DNA of 20,000 bases, taken from IMG/VR virus record IMGVR_UViG_3300028107_000045; one strand, written 5' to 3'. The stretch is from an uncultured virus (IMG/VR IMGVR_UViG_3300028107_000045) (lineage: Duplodnaviria > Heunggongvirae > Uroviricota > Caudoviricetes). The notes below the pieces were generated by a model. That model was not told the origin of the DNA and did not search any database. It worked only from the letters and a program-made list of their open reading frames with translations. Position numbers and translations under genes: made by a program. Shown here in pieces: positions 1-7,871 of the stretch. Position 1 is the first letter of the stretch. Each line of letters begins with the position of its first letter.

Positions 1-864
1 CCAGTTAGGGATAATGTAAAACTCGATCGGGTTGAACAGATCTGGGATTTTCTCTTCCCATTGCGCCAACGTGTACTTGGTGTTGGCCATGATCTCGTTA
101 CGCATCTGGTCGAACAGCAGGTCTTCGGCATCGACACCGTTACCCCACCAGATATAGCGCCACCAGCCGGTTACCGACTTAGGTGTGTTGATCAGGTCCA
201 TGATCTGGAACGACATCGTAGTACCGTCAGTAACAGGCCATGCGGCGTTGTCAGTGAGGGCATGCAAACGCTTGTCGATTACGTCTGGGGTCTCAAGAGC
301 CAGACGGGCAGCCATCTGCTCGTAGTTCATCGGCATCAGATCGTCCATGGAGGCCAGAGCTAATGGATGTACTACACCGAAGACCACGCGTGGGTACTGA
401 CGCTTGAAATATTCGTCAGCGAACCACAGATAAAACGTTTGTTTCTCTGAACCAACGATATGGTTACCCGTTACGAAACTGGGGAGGTAGTAACGGTTGT
501 TGGTAACCATCTCACCGACATCGAGGATCTCGATACCGGAACTGAATTGCGCCTTTAAGAGTGCAAGCGTGTTGGGGCGGGAGTCAGTGATATTACCAAG
601 TTTGGTTTGATCGACTAACCAGTTGCTAATCTCAAGTTGCTTATTAGCAATGGTAACTGGCATACTGATCTCAGTAGTACCATCCAGGCTAATGAAATTA
701 TGCAATACAGTGGCAGAAGCTTGACCAGTCAGGGTGAAAATACCCTGATCTTTGGAGTAGGTCTTCGATTTGTTGGAGATCTCACCAATAGGTGATACAG
801 CTTTGACCCCGTTGTTAGCGAATTCCGCTATCGCAGCGAAAGACAAATAATTCTTAGCAGCCAT
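1..864 (-). CDS. Virion structural protein, phiKZ gp157-like (3' end runs off the window)
   Basis: Not in the ORF track because it has no stop in the window. ATG at 864 (minus) with SD GAGGTG (871-876), and I scanned 288 codons to position 1 without a stop. Translation begins MAAKNYLSFAAIAEFANNGVKAVSPIGEISNKSKTYSKDQG and includes FYLWFADEYFKRQYP and WEEKIPDLFNPIEFYIIPNW. These motifs resemble the phiKZ gp157 family (from recall), and the gene lies near the RNase H-like gene. Confidence 0.75.
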   Translation of the reverse strand, partial: MAAKNYLSFAAIAEFANNGVKAVSPIGEISNKSKTYSKDQGIFTLTGQASATVLHNFISLDGTTEISMPVTIANKQLEISNWLVDQTKLGNITDSRPNTLALLKAQFSSGIEILDVGEMVTNNRYYLPSFVTGNHIVGSEKQTFYLWFADEYFKRQYPRVVFGVVHPLALASMDDLMPMNYEQMAARLALETPDVIDKRLHALTDNAAWPVTDGTTMSFQIMDLINTPKSVTGWWRYIWWGNGVDAEDLLFDQMRNEIMANTKYTLAQWEEKIPDLFNPIEFYIIPNW

Positions 865-894
865 CACTTACACCTCAGTAAATAAGGGTCATAT

Positions 895-1365
895 ATGTTG
901 TTCACGCTCTTAAAAGAGCTAGTTGACAGATTCATAGAATTCCTCCTACGGATGTCTAAAGGTGAATCGTCTGAAGCGAAACTCACCTCTGTTTTGAAGT
1001 CTACGGTTTTCCTGATTAGCGTGTTGGTTTTTGCTGTGATTAGCCTACTGGCTGAGAACTTAAATATGCGTACGCAATTGGCAGATTACAAGTCCGTGTC
1101 TGCTAAATTGGGTGTGTTGCTTAAGCCTCAATCTATGGCTGGCGCAGCGGAGGAAATAAGCAAACTGTCCGCTAGCATCAACGACTCCAATAATAAGTTA
1201 CGTAATGAGAACACCAAGCTGCTGGAATCCAACGTAGCACTTACCCACGAGAACTACTGGATCCAGGTTACACTGAATCGTACGTTACAGGAATCTAAGT
1301 TGTTGCGGGAGAACAACCAGTTCTTTATGCGTATGTGTAGTGCCAGCTATCCAAATAAACTTTAA
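895..1365 (+). CDS. Hypothetical single-pass membrane protein with long coiled coil
   Basis: 156 aa ORF with a weak SD (AAGGG, 884-888). Hydrophobic segment VFLISVLVFAVISLLA (about aa 38-53), followed by heptad-like helices (LSASINDSNNKLRNENTKLLESNVALTHEN). Confidence 0.7.
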   Translation: MLFTLLKELVDRFIEFLLRMSKGESSEAKLTSVLKSTVFLISVLVFAVISLLAENLNMRTQLADYKSVSAKLGVLLKPQSMAGAAEEISKLSASINDSNNKLRNENTKLLESNVALTHENYWIQVTLNRTLQESKLLRENNQFFMRMCSASYPNKL

Positions 1366-1391
1366 CCCTACCCGTTATCTTAATGGGTAGG
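1366..1391. repeat. CCCTAC-family intergenic hairpin (copy 1)
   Basis: CCTACCCGTTA-tct-TAATGGGTAGG, an 11-bp stem with one G-U pair directly after the stop at 1365. No U-tract. Confidence 0.65.
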
Positions 1392-1413
1392 TTACTTAAG
1401 AAGAGCACCGGCA

Positions 1414-2925
1414 ATGGCAGATAAGCCCGAAGACCTCAAAGGCAGTAAGAACCTAGTAGTCTACATGACTGCTCGGTCCTTGCAACGAGGCAGGAAACAC
1501 CTGAATTATGCTGGGGCACATGGTTACAGTTATACCATCGCCAACGAAGGCAAGAAAAAGCTGGCTAAAGACGTCGCTACTACAAGTGGGTACTACACTG
1601 GTAACAACCAGCGCGCTAACACCGTAGTAGTGGTAGACGACATCCTTAGTCTGACAGTAGCTAACACACACTCAGTGTTCACGGCGGTACTGCGTGCATT
1701 TGAGGCCGTGCTCGCACTGTACCTGGAACCAGAGTCCCCTTATAAGAACCTTTGCATTATTACGCCCCACAAGGAGCTACAAGAGGTTTGGAAGCTAAAG
1801 GATGACAAAGTACAGGTTGGTTACCGAATCAACCGTATGGAGCTTACGCAGAAGGATGTAGACGTACTGCAAGAGCTTTTGGTTACGATTAGTAAGTTCA
1901 AAGAGACCGATAGCAGGATTATCTTTGACTTTAGCGGTAGTGCGGAAGGGGGTACTGGTAATAAACAAGCACACAAGTGTTTGGAGATCGCCGAGGTCAT
2001 CAGTTTGTTTGGTGAACCTAATACCACTGACTTGCATGTAATCCCGCGCAAGGTCTACGAGAACCCTGAATCGGACTTCAACAAGATCGTCTCGGCTAGC
2101 CGTTGGTATTTCGGAAGTGTGAGTGCTGAGGAGTTTTACGATAAGCAACACGGGTACCGTAAGTACGGGTTTGGTAAGGTAGAGCCAGACAAGAACTATT
2201 ATGGTAAGCAGACTCCCGACGTTACTTACTCGGCATTGTTTACCAAGGAGCCGATTGCGCTGCTGGACAAGCTCTATGAGTTTACCAGACGCAAGATCGA
2301 CAACCCTGATGGTTACTTGGTAGCTGGTGATCTCAACCACCTAACCAGTAAAGAAGTAGCGCGGATGGTTGACACGCATCCTGCTATCCGTGAGGGCAAC
2401 AACTTGGTGTCGCCTGTTACTAAGGGCAACGGTAAACCGGTATTGATTGAACTGATCAGCCCGGTGTTGATGTCTTACCGTATTCGTGACGCTTTGGCAG
2501 AGCTCGATGTGATCCTTAACTCGTACAAGGCTAAAGATGAGTCCAACGTCTTTGGTTACTTGAAGTTTTACGAGATCACGGATTTGATCTATACCAAGGA
2601 AGCCAACAAGAAGGGTGACGTTAAGGTCAAGTTGCATTCTGACTTTAACCAGCTTAAGTCAGTGTTTAAAGTACCGGTAGAACACCCTAACGCGGTTAAG
2701 CCTGTACCGTTGACTATTAATGTTGGTTATGACATACCTGAGCGCAATGCTTTCAACTCAGTGGAAGACCCCGAGGTAAAGGTTTGGGTAGCAGTAGACA
2801 CGCGTAACAGCAAAGGTCTGCGTTACTGCACGTTGGTAGAGACTACTGATTGGATTTACATCCATACGTCAGCAGTAGCTAACCTGCGGGTATTGAACCT
2901 GGCTGAGTTGGGTCAAAAGAAATAA
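1414..2925 (+). CDS. RNase HI-fold protein (phiKZ gp155-like), catalytic residues apparently substituted
   Basis: 503 aa. The N-terminal ~190 aa follows the RNase HI motif order: VVYMTARS / AGAHGYSY / FTAVLRA / CIITPHK / GNKQAH. A long C-terminal phage-specific domain follows (RWYF...YGFGK...YYGKQTPDVTYS). The position near uvsX fits phiKZ-like phages. Confidence 0.7.
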   Translation: MADKPEDLKGSKNLVVYMTARSLQRGRKHLNYAGAHGYSYTIANEGKKKLAKDVATTSGYYTGNNQRANTVVVVDDILSLTVANTHSVFTAVLRAFEAVLALYLEPESPYKNLCIITPHKELQEVWKLKDDKVQVGYRINRMELTQKDVDVLQELLVTISKFKETDSRIIFDFSGSAEGGTGNKQAHKCLEIAEVISLFGEPNTTDLHVIPRKVYENPESDFNKIVSASRWYFGSVSAEEFYDKQHGYRKYGFGKVEPDKNYYGKQTPDVTYSALFTKEPIALLDKLYEFTRRKIDNPDGYLVAGDLNHLTSKEVARMVDTHPAIREGNNLVSPVTKGNGKPVLIELISPVLMSYRIRDALAELDVILNSYKAKDESNVFGYLKFYEITDLIYTKEANKKGDVKVKLHSDFNQLKSVFKVPVEHPNAVKPVPLTINVGYDIPERNAFNSVEDPEVKVWVAVDTRNSKGLRYCTLVETTDWIYIHTSAVANLRVLNLAELGQKK

Positions 2926-2976
2926 GCATAGCCCCCTACCCCAGTCCACTAAGGGCCGGGGTAGGGGGCTATGCTT
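2924..2976. terminator. Bidirectional hairpin between convergent genes, CCCTAC-family (copy 2)
   Basis: Perfect 19-bp inverted repeat AAGCATAGCCCCCTACCCC (2924-2942) / GGGGTAGGGGGCTATGCTT (2958-2976), with inner pairing GTCC/GGGC and an ACTAA loop. Lies between the stops at 2925 and 2979. Confidence 0.8.
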
Positions 2977-2978
2977 GC

Positions 2979-3845
2979 TTAGTACTTAAGTCCTTGCAAC
3001 GTTTTCAGCTGCGAGTTGAACACAGCAGTCAGTTCGTTGAGCAGGACCATCATCACGCCAGCTACGTTAGTAAGCTCAGCAAACTTGTTGACGATCGCTT
3101 CGATGTCGTCTACAGCCTTCTGATCAAACATGATGTCGTTGGCATGGATTTTCTGCACCAGGATACGACCCAGGTCGTAAACGTCGCTGAGGACCTTAGC
3201 GGTGATCTCAGCGTCACGGGCACCCATGGTACGCACAGACTGGTTGTACGTGTTCATGCAGCTCCAGATTTCGTCGTAGCTGACGTAGAGCTGGCCCATG
3301 TTGTAATTGAGGTTACGACCGGTCTCTGGCAGGTTCTTGATGAACTCTTCCGAGCGGTTTACAGCCATACCAAACTCACCAATCGTCCACCTGAAATCAG
3401 TGTCCATACGGCCTTTGGTGAGGATCTGTTTTAACCAATCATATAGTCTCGATGCTTCTGTTTTGAGGCTACTGATGATATACACACCATCGACAACAGC
3501 CTTGGTGTGAGCCATCATGTTGCCCAGGCCCGGGTGGTAGTTGATCGGGGCCAGGAGCTCGATGTGGGTGTTTTTAACGAAGAGGATTTCGTTACGTTCC
3601 AGGTGTTTCTGGGTTGGTACGAAATCAACCGTGTGGATGCTCTTGGCCAGCACCGCCATACGTTTGTCGATGGCAGTCGAGACCTCTTTAAAAAACAGAC
3701 CGAAGCGTTCACCAATACCGAGGGCTTCAAAGCCAGCCAATGCTACTTGATTTGGATACTTTACTGCAACGATCAGTTCGGCTCGTTCGGCTGCGGTGAA
3801 GTCAGTAACGATGGGATTAGCCTTACCCATGGCGGATTGTTTCAT
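2979..3845 (-). CDS. Virion (head) structural protein, phiKZ gp153-like, probable protease-cleaved propeptide
   Basis: 288 aa, mostly helical, with SD GAGGTAG just upstream. N-terminal AGFE|A matches the S/A/G-X-E prohead protease motif. Divergent from uvsX, as recalled for phiKZ gp153/gp152. Confidence 0.65.
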   Translation of the reverse strand: MKQSAMGKANPIVTDFTAAERAELIVAVKYPNQVALAGFEALGIGERFGLFFKEVSTAIDKRMAVLAKSIHTVDFVPTQKHLERNEILFVKNTHIELLAPINYHPGLGNMMAHTKAVVDGVYIISSLKTEASRLYDWLKQILTKGRMDTDFRWTIGEFGMAVNRSEEFIKNLPETGRNLNYNMGQLYVSYDEIWSCMNTYNQSVRTMGARDAEITAKVLSDVYDLGRILVQKIHANDIMFDQKAVDDIEAIVNKFAELTNVAGVMMVLLNELTAVFNSQLKTLQGLKY

Positions 3846-3926
3846 AACTACCTCTTAATAGGTATATGTCGGGTAGGGCAAATTGCCCTTCTGTGGAATT
3901 TTCATAAAATACAGGATGATCGTAGT

Positions 3927-5405
3927 ATGACCACCCCTTTTAGCTTTATTGAGGAAGTTGAGTCGTCGGATTCTATTATTCCGGCGTTTAACGTAAACCC
4001 TGTATCCGACATGATCAACGGGGAATACGTTGTTGGTAAAGATGGGATTACCTTCCTCAACGGCGGGGCTGTACACAACAACGCAAAGACTGGTGGTAGC
4101 AACACGCAGAAAACCGGTAGCACCATTGAAGACATTGTAGCGGTACTGTGGCGTATCCCTACTTCGGTTGCATTCGTGGTGGATATCGAGGCTACTCTGC
4201 AGATGACTCGTATTGCGAAAGCTTACGACCGACACAGTGGGGTGCCTGGTGAGTTCATGGCAGAAGTGTTCAACAAACGCTTCTTCTATTTCAACAAGAA
4301 TGACACCAACGCCAACCCGTTCAAGAACCCTGCACTGATGGGCACCATTGCTGGTGTTGACGGTACCTGGGTACACCATTTGTTCAAAGACCTGAATGCC
4401 ATGGTTAAGGCAGATATCAAGGCTAAGAAGCCAGGTATCTACATGGACCTGCCTTACCTGGGTAACGACGGTAAACCACTGCAACACATCACACCGATCA
4501 TGTCGTTCGTCGACTCGATCTCGGAAATGCCTTTCCACAAAGTGTCGGCTCACTTCCAAGAAGGTGACGTGGACGAAGGTGGCGAGAAGCGTACCCGTGA
4601 CATGCAGATCGGTAACATGCGTCGGATCGTGTATGAAGACGCAGATAACCTCGGTGGCGAAATCGGTATGCTGCAATGGTGGACTGCTCAGATCACCGAC
4701 GTGATCAACATGAGTGGTCGGCCACAAGAGAAAGAAACTGTATTCATCTCGCCTGGCAAGAAACTGAAAGCACCGCGCTCGATGCTGCGTATTCCGCAAA
4801 CCGGTATTCGTATCGTTAGCGGTAGTGCAATGAAAAACAACCAGGAGTGGATGTACCCTAATCCATTCGGACCTGACGTACAACTTGACCCAAATGCAAA
4901 AGAGAACCCCGATCTTCTTTATTACCCATTTAACGTATTCCGCAATAAGAGTGGCCTTTCTGGTGGCGACTTTTTCTTTATTGGCTCTCAAAGCCTCGGA
5001 GTACAAATTGGTCTGACCATGTACCACGCCTGCAAGACCTCGAAGATGTGGGGTTTTGAGGGTAGTGCAATCAGCCACTGGAACGTACTGTATCCTGAAC
5101 TTAAAGTAGGTCGTACTACTATTTGGGATAAGACCCTGTCTGACGCCAAGTTGTATCGTGCACTGACCATTTGCTACCAGATGGCCCACATGCAACAGAT
5201 CTGGTTGGACCTGGATAAGAAATACCGGATCACGCCTAAAGAGCTCTACGAAAAAATCAAAGAGCAAGGCTACGACTGGAATGACATCCTGGAAAACACC
5301 GTAGATTACTGGCACACCAACCCACGTATTAAGAAGCACTCCTTGTCCACTATGGAGCTGCTGAAAATTGCAATCGGTGAGCGTAAGCCTTACTGGATCA
5401 AGTAA
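3927..5405 (+). CDS. uvsX: UvsX/RecA-like recombinase (phiKZ gp152-like)
   Basis: Start reassigned to ATG 3927 (MTTPFSF..., SD CAGGA 3912-3916), giving 492 aa. Variant Walker A GGSNTQKT, strand VVDIEAT, Walker B IMSFVDSIS, and the RNKSGLSG motif. The C-terminal TPKELYEKIKEQGYDWNDIL...LSTMELLKIAIGERKPYW is typical of phiKZ-family UvsX. Confidence 0.88.
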   Translation: MTTPFSFIEEVESSDSIIPAFNVNPVSDMINGEYVVGKDGITFLNGGAVHNNAKTGGSNTQKTGSTIEDIVAVLWRIPTSVAFVVDIEATLQMTRIAKAYDRHSGVPGEFMAEVFNKRFFYFNKNDTNANPFKNPALMGTIAGVDGTWVHHLFKDLNAMVKADIKAKKPGIYMDLPYLGNDGKPLQHITPIMSFVDSISEMPFHKVSAHFQEGDVDEGGEKRTRDMQIGNMRRIVYEDADNLGGEIGMLQWWTAQITDVINMSGRPQEKETVFISPGKKLKAPRSMLRIPQTGIRIVSGSAMKNNQEWMYPNPFGPDVQLDPNAKENPDLLYYPFNVFRNKSGLSGGDFFFIGSQSLGVQIGLTMYHACKTSKMWGFEGSAISHWNVLYPELKVGRTTIWDKTLSDAKLYRALTICYQMAHMQQIWLDLDKKYRITPKELYEKIKEQGYDWNDILENTVDYWHTNPRIKKHSLSTMELLKIAIGERKPYWIK

Positions 5406-5416
5406 GGCGGACCTTT

Positions 5417-5471
5417 TATAGGGGGATCCGTGTTTATTTACCGGGTCCCTACTATACTTTTATTTTTGTTT
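5417..5471 (+). terminator. Intrinsic terminator after uvsX
   Basis: Stem TATAGGGGGATCCG / CGGGTCCCT(A)CTATA (5417-5456), followed by CTTTTATTTTTGTTT. Confidence 0.7.
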
Positions 5472-5482
5472 GGGGGTTTAGG

Positions 5483-5854
5483 ATGACACCTGTCCAAAGT
5501 AGTAACGTAATCCTGGTGGTTGCTGATAGCAACTTCTGTAGTCTGTGCGAAAACGTGGACGACTATATCGTTCGCCTGCACAAGGTGTTGTCCGATCGAC
5601 AGTCCGCTTATACGTTGATGACTGTAAGCGGTAAGTACGGTATCAGTGCGTTGGATGAAACCGTTAGTGCTCTGCCGGTAGATGACAAGAACAAAACTGT
5701 GTTCGGTCAAAACCTGGAAAACATTTCCGGTCTGTTCGACGAACTCCTGGTACTGACCAACACCGTAAGTGACCCGTATATCAACGTTGCCAAAGAGGCA
5801 ATGGGTAACGCACACAAAACCATCACTACCTACGGTTACCGGAGAAAGCAATAA
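5483..5854 (+). CDS. Hypothetical protein, possibly a divergent SLOG/YspA (DUF2493)-like alpha/beta protein
   Basis: 123 aa with SD GGGGG (5472-5476). The pattern ILVVADSNF...LHKVL...TVSGKYG...LPVD...FDELLVL resembles the YspA/SLOG layout. Its stop overlaps the next start (TAATG). Confidence 0.55.
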   Translation: MTPVQSSNVILVVADSNFCSLCENVDDYIVRLHKVLSDRQSAYTLMTVSGKYGISALDETVSALPVDDKNKTVFGQNLENISGLFDELLVLTNTVSDPYINVAKEAMGNAHKTITTYGYRRKQ

Positions 5855-6537
5855 TGGCCAGTAACCGCAAGGCCTTTGAAGCCTACGTGCTGGACTTCAT
5901 GGGCGAAGTAACCAAGGGTGGCGGTAATAAGGTTATTTACGAGCGCTTGTTTAAAGCCCTCAACAACGAACAGTTAGAAGCCCTTGTAGTAAAGATGGAG
6001 CAGGGTATGCCTCTGAGCATCTGGGTTTCTAACTGGAACCGTAAAGAAATGATCGAATACGAACGTATCTTGCGGTTGTCCAAGAAATACGGTGTGGTTA
6101 TCGAACAGCAGTTGATCGTTTACGACGCAGACACCGGCATCAAGTCGATGACTCCACACACGGCTATTACTGGTCTGGTACGTTTCCGTAAGCAACGTCA
6201 GATGCAGGTTACCAAGTTTGGTGCTGCCGCGAACGATTACAGTATCGACGACCTCACTGGTCAGGTAATGGGTGATTCCCGTTCTACTGGTATTAGTCAG
6301 CCAGAGATTACCGTACTCCGTAACTTGGGGTTGGATATCATGGCTAACGAATTGTACAACGTTAAGGGCGGTGACTTGGATGCGTTGAAGCATTACAAGA
6401 ACGAACTGTTGACCACTGGTAAGACCAACACCAACGCTAGCTTACAGCGTGGCACAATCGCCAAGGTATTGTCTTCGGTCTACCATCTTTTCCGTGGGCG
6501 GCACTTGGACTCTAACTTTAACAAAAGGCTTGGGTAA
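5854..6537 (+). CDS. Virion RNA polymerase beta subunit, C-terminal fragment (phiKZ gp149-like, split RpoB)
   Basis: 227 aa. The segment RKQRQMQVTK...SIDDLTGQVMGDSRSTGISQPEITVLRNLGLDIMANELYNVKGGD aligns by eye with the RpoB C-terminal region (YSLVTQQPLGG...[29 protein letters not shown]). Its size and position downstream of uvsX fit phiKZ-like phages. Confidence 0.87.
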   Translation: MASNRKAFEAYVLDFMGEVTKGGGNKVIYERLFKALNNEQLEALVVKMEQGMPLSIWVSNWNRKEMIEYERILRLSKKYGVVIEQQLIVYDADTGIKSMTPHTAITGLVRFRKQRQMQVTKFGAAANDYSIDDLTGQVMGDSRSTGISQPEITVLRNLGLDIMANELYNVKGGDLDALKHYKNELLTTGKTNTNASLQRGTIAKVLSSVYHLFRGRHLDSNFNKRLG

Positions 6538-6540
6538 CTT

Positions 6541-7065
6541 ATGGCTGAGCAAGCTCCACCACCAGCTCCTGCACCGGTGATCTTAGAAGAGAACCTGACA
6601 GGACTGCCATTCCTGCGTAACCTGGTAACTGGTTTGTTTTTCGAGTGGTCCAAGGACCAGGGCGATCCTTCCGTAGTTAGTTTCATGGATTCACTGCGGC
6701 AGATATTCCTGGAACCACTCATCAGCTTTGATAAAGCTTATGACGTGTTCTGTAAGCACTGTACCGAAGGCGCAGGATCCAACAAGGTGGGCGACCACTG
6801 GCGTGCTTTCCAAATGGTTGTGTGGACCGAGTTGAACACCGAAGTTGACTCTACCATGATTGCGTTTTGTGACATGACGTCGCAGATCATGGCTGGTTCT
6901 CCTGGCGGTGAAAACCTGATCCCAGCCAAGCTACGTAAAAGCGAGAACTGGGTCAGCAACAGTAACGCTAAAACCAGTAAGACGCCGTTTGATTACGCGT
7001 TGTTATTGGCTATCCGTGTTTACGGTGCTTCCATTCGTCCTGAGTCACAACCAGCCCAGCAATAG
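6541..7065 (+). CDS. Hypothetical protein (Pro-rich N-terminus)
   Basis: 174 aa ORF tightly packed between its neighbours (3-nt and 8-nt gaps). Starts MAEQAPPPAPAP. No recognisable domain. Confidence 0.65.
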   Translation: MAEQAPPPAPAPVILEENLTGLPFLRNLVTGLFFEWSKDQGDPSVVSFMDSLRQIFLEPLISFDKAYDVFCKHCTEGAGSNKVGDHWRAFQMVVWTELNTEVDSTMIAFCDMTSQIMAGSPGGENLIPAKLRKSENWVSNSNAKTSKTPFDYALLLAIRVYGASIRPESQPAQQ

Positions 7066-7073
7066 GTGTTTAA

Positions 7074-7811
7074 ATGAATCGTGTATTAGACGTCTATGCT
7101 GACGCAGAAGCGTTCTTTGATTACCGTCGCGGGCTGTTACAGTGTTTGATGACCGACCACATCACCGATCCTGATCAGCGTAAAGCAGAAGGGGATCGGT
7201 TGTGGGCTCTGTACATCGAGCGTAACTACCGCGATCGTAAGTTCGATACTTACAACTATACGCACATCGGTATCGACGAAGAGCGCTTTAAGGCTATTTT
7301 CGCACAACGTAGCTTGGAGCATTGGGGTACTGGGATGTACTACCCCACCAAGTTGATCAAGACCATGATTGCTCGGATCATTGACATCGAAGGTCTGACT
7401 GAAAAGCCGATGGACATCAAGGAAGTCCGTCTGTATGTAAACACTTTCCCGTACCAGTTCGATGCAGAGCAAACTGCCGAACTAGTCGAGTGTATTCGTT
7501 ATGGTCTGAAGGGCCTGGTTAAGGTACAAGCGATCTATTCCGATCCTAGTGCGCACGACGCCAAGTTCTATGGCCAGTACAACTACGTGTTCCGCTATAA
7601 CCTTTTGTTGGATGAGTCGTTTACTGCTCTGTCTGAAACGTTCATGGGGAATCCAATCCCTGAAACCAACTTCGTTATTCCTGATGTATTGGTACGTCCT
7701 AACGAGACCTTTGCTGGTCCGCACAAGGACTGGATGATGGCTAGCCTGTTGATGATGGCTCCTGCTATCAAGTTACTGCCTATTGAACATAGTCTCTACG
7801 ACTATGAGTAA
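7074..7811 (+). CDS. Conserved jumbo-phage hypothetical protein (phiKZ gp147-like; weak HAD-like start)
   Basis: 245 aa with SD AGGTG (7064-7068). The N-terminal VYADAEAFFDYR, the YRDRKFD motif and LYVNTFPYQF resemble a phiKZ-family core hypothetical (from recall). Confidence 0.6.
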   Translation: MNRVLDVYADAEAFFDYRRGLLQCLMTDHITDPDQRKAEGDRLWALYIERNYRDRKFDTYNYTHIGIDEERFKAIFAQRSLEHWGTGMYYPTKLIKTMIARIIDIEGLTEKPMDIKEVRLYVNTFPYQFDAEQTAELVECIRYGLKGLVKVQAIYSDPSAHDAKFYGQYNYVFRYNLLLDESFTALSETFMGNPIPETNFVIPDVLVRPNETFAGPHKDWMMASLLMMAPAIKLLPIEHSLYDYE

Positions 7812-7825
7812 AGGCGGAATAATTC

Positions 7826-7865
7826 CTATACCCTACTGCACCCTAGGGTGCAGTAGGGCTTATAG
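7826..7865. terminator. Palindromic hairpin between convergent genes, CCCTAC-family (copy 3)
   Basis: Perfect 28-bp palindrome CCCTACTGCACCCT|AGGGTGCAGTAGGG (7831-7858), flanked by CTATA and TATAG. Lies between the stops at 7811 and 7872. Confidence 0.8.
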
Positions 7866-7871
7866 TCTATT

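Noticed and set aside
61..363. 100 aa plus-strand ORF
   Set aside because: It is the antisense shadow of the minus-strand gene 1-864.
3507..3926. 140-codon N-terminal extension of UvsX from GTG 3507 (632 aa ORF in the track)
   Set aside because: It is antisense to the 2979-3845 gene and crosses the divergent intergenic region. ATG 3927 has an SD and gives a family-typical protein.
4090..4120. Non-canonical Walker A in UvsX (GGSNTQKT) as a sign of inactivation
   Set aside because: Phage UvsX proteins often lack the second Gly (T4 has GPSKSFKS), and the Lys-Thr pair and Walker B Asp are retained.
3855..5339. 494 aa antisense ORF over uvsX
   Set aside because: It sits in the codon-aligned antisense frame of a real gene and has no motifs. 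The low use of TTA/CTA/TCA codons on the sense strand explains it.
7074..7130. Active HAD phosphatase call for the 245 aa ORF
   Set aside because: Only a partial motif I (DAE rather than DxD) is visible, and I could not place the other HAD motifs.
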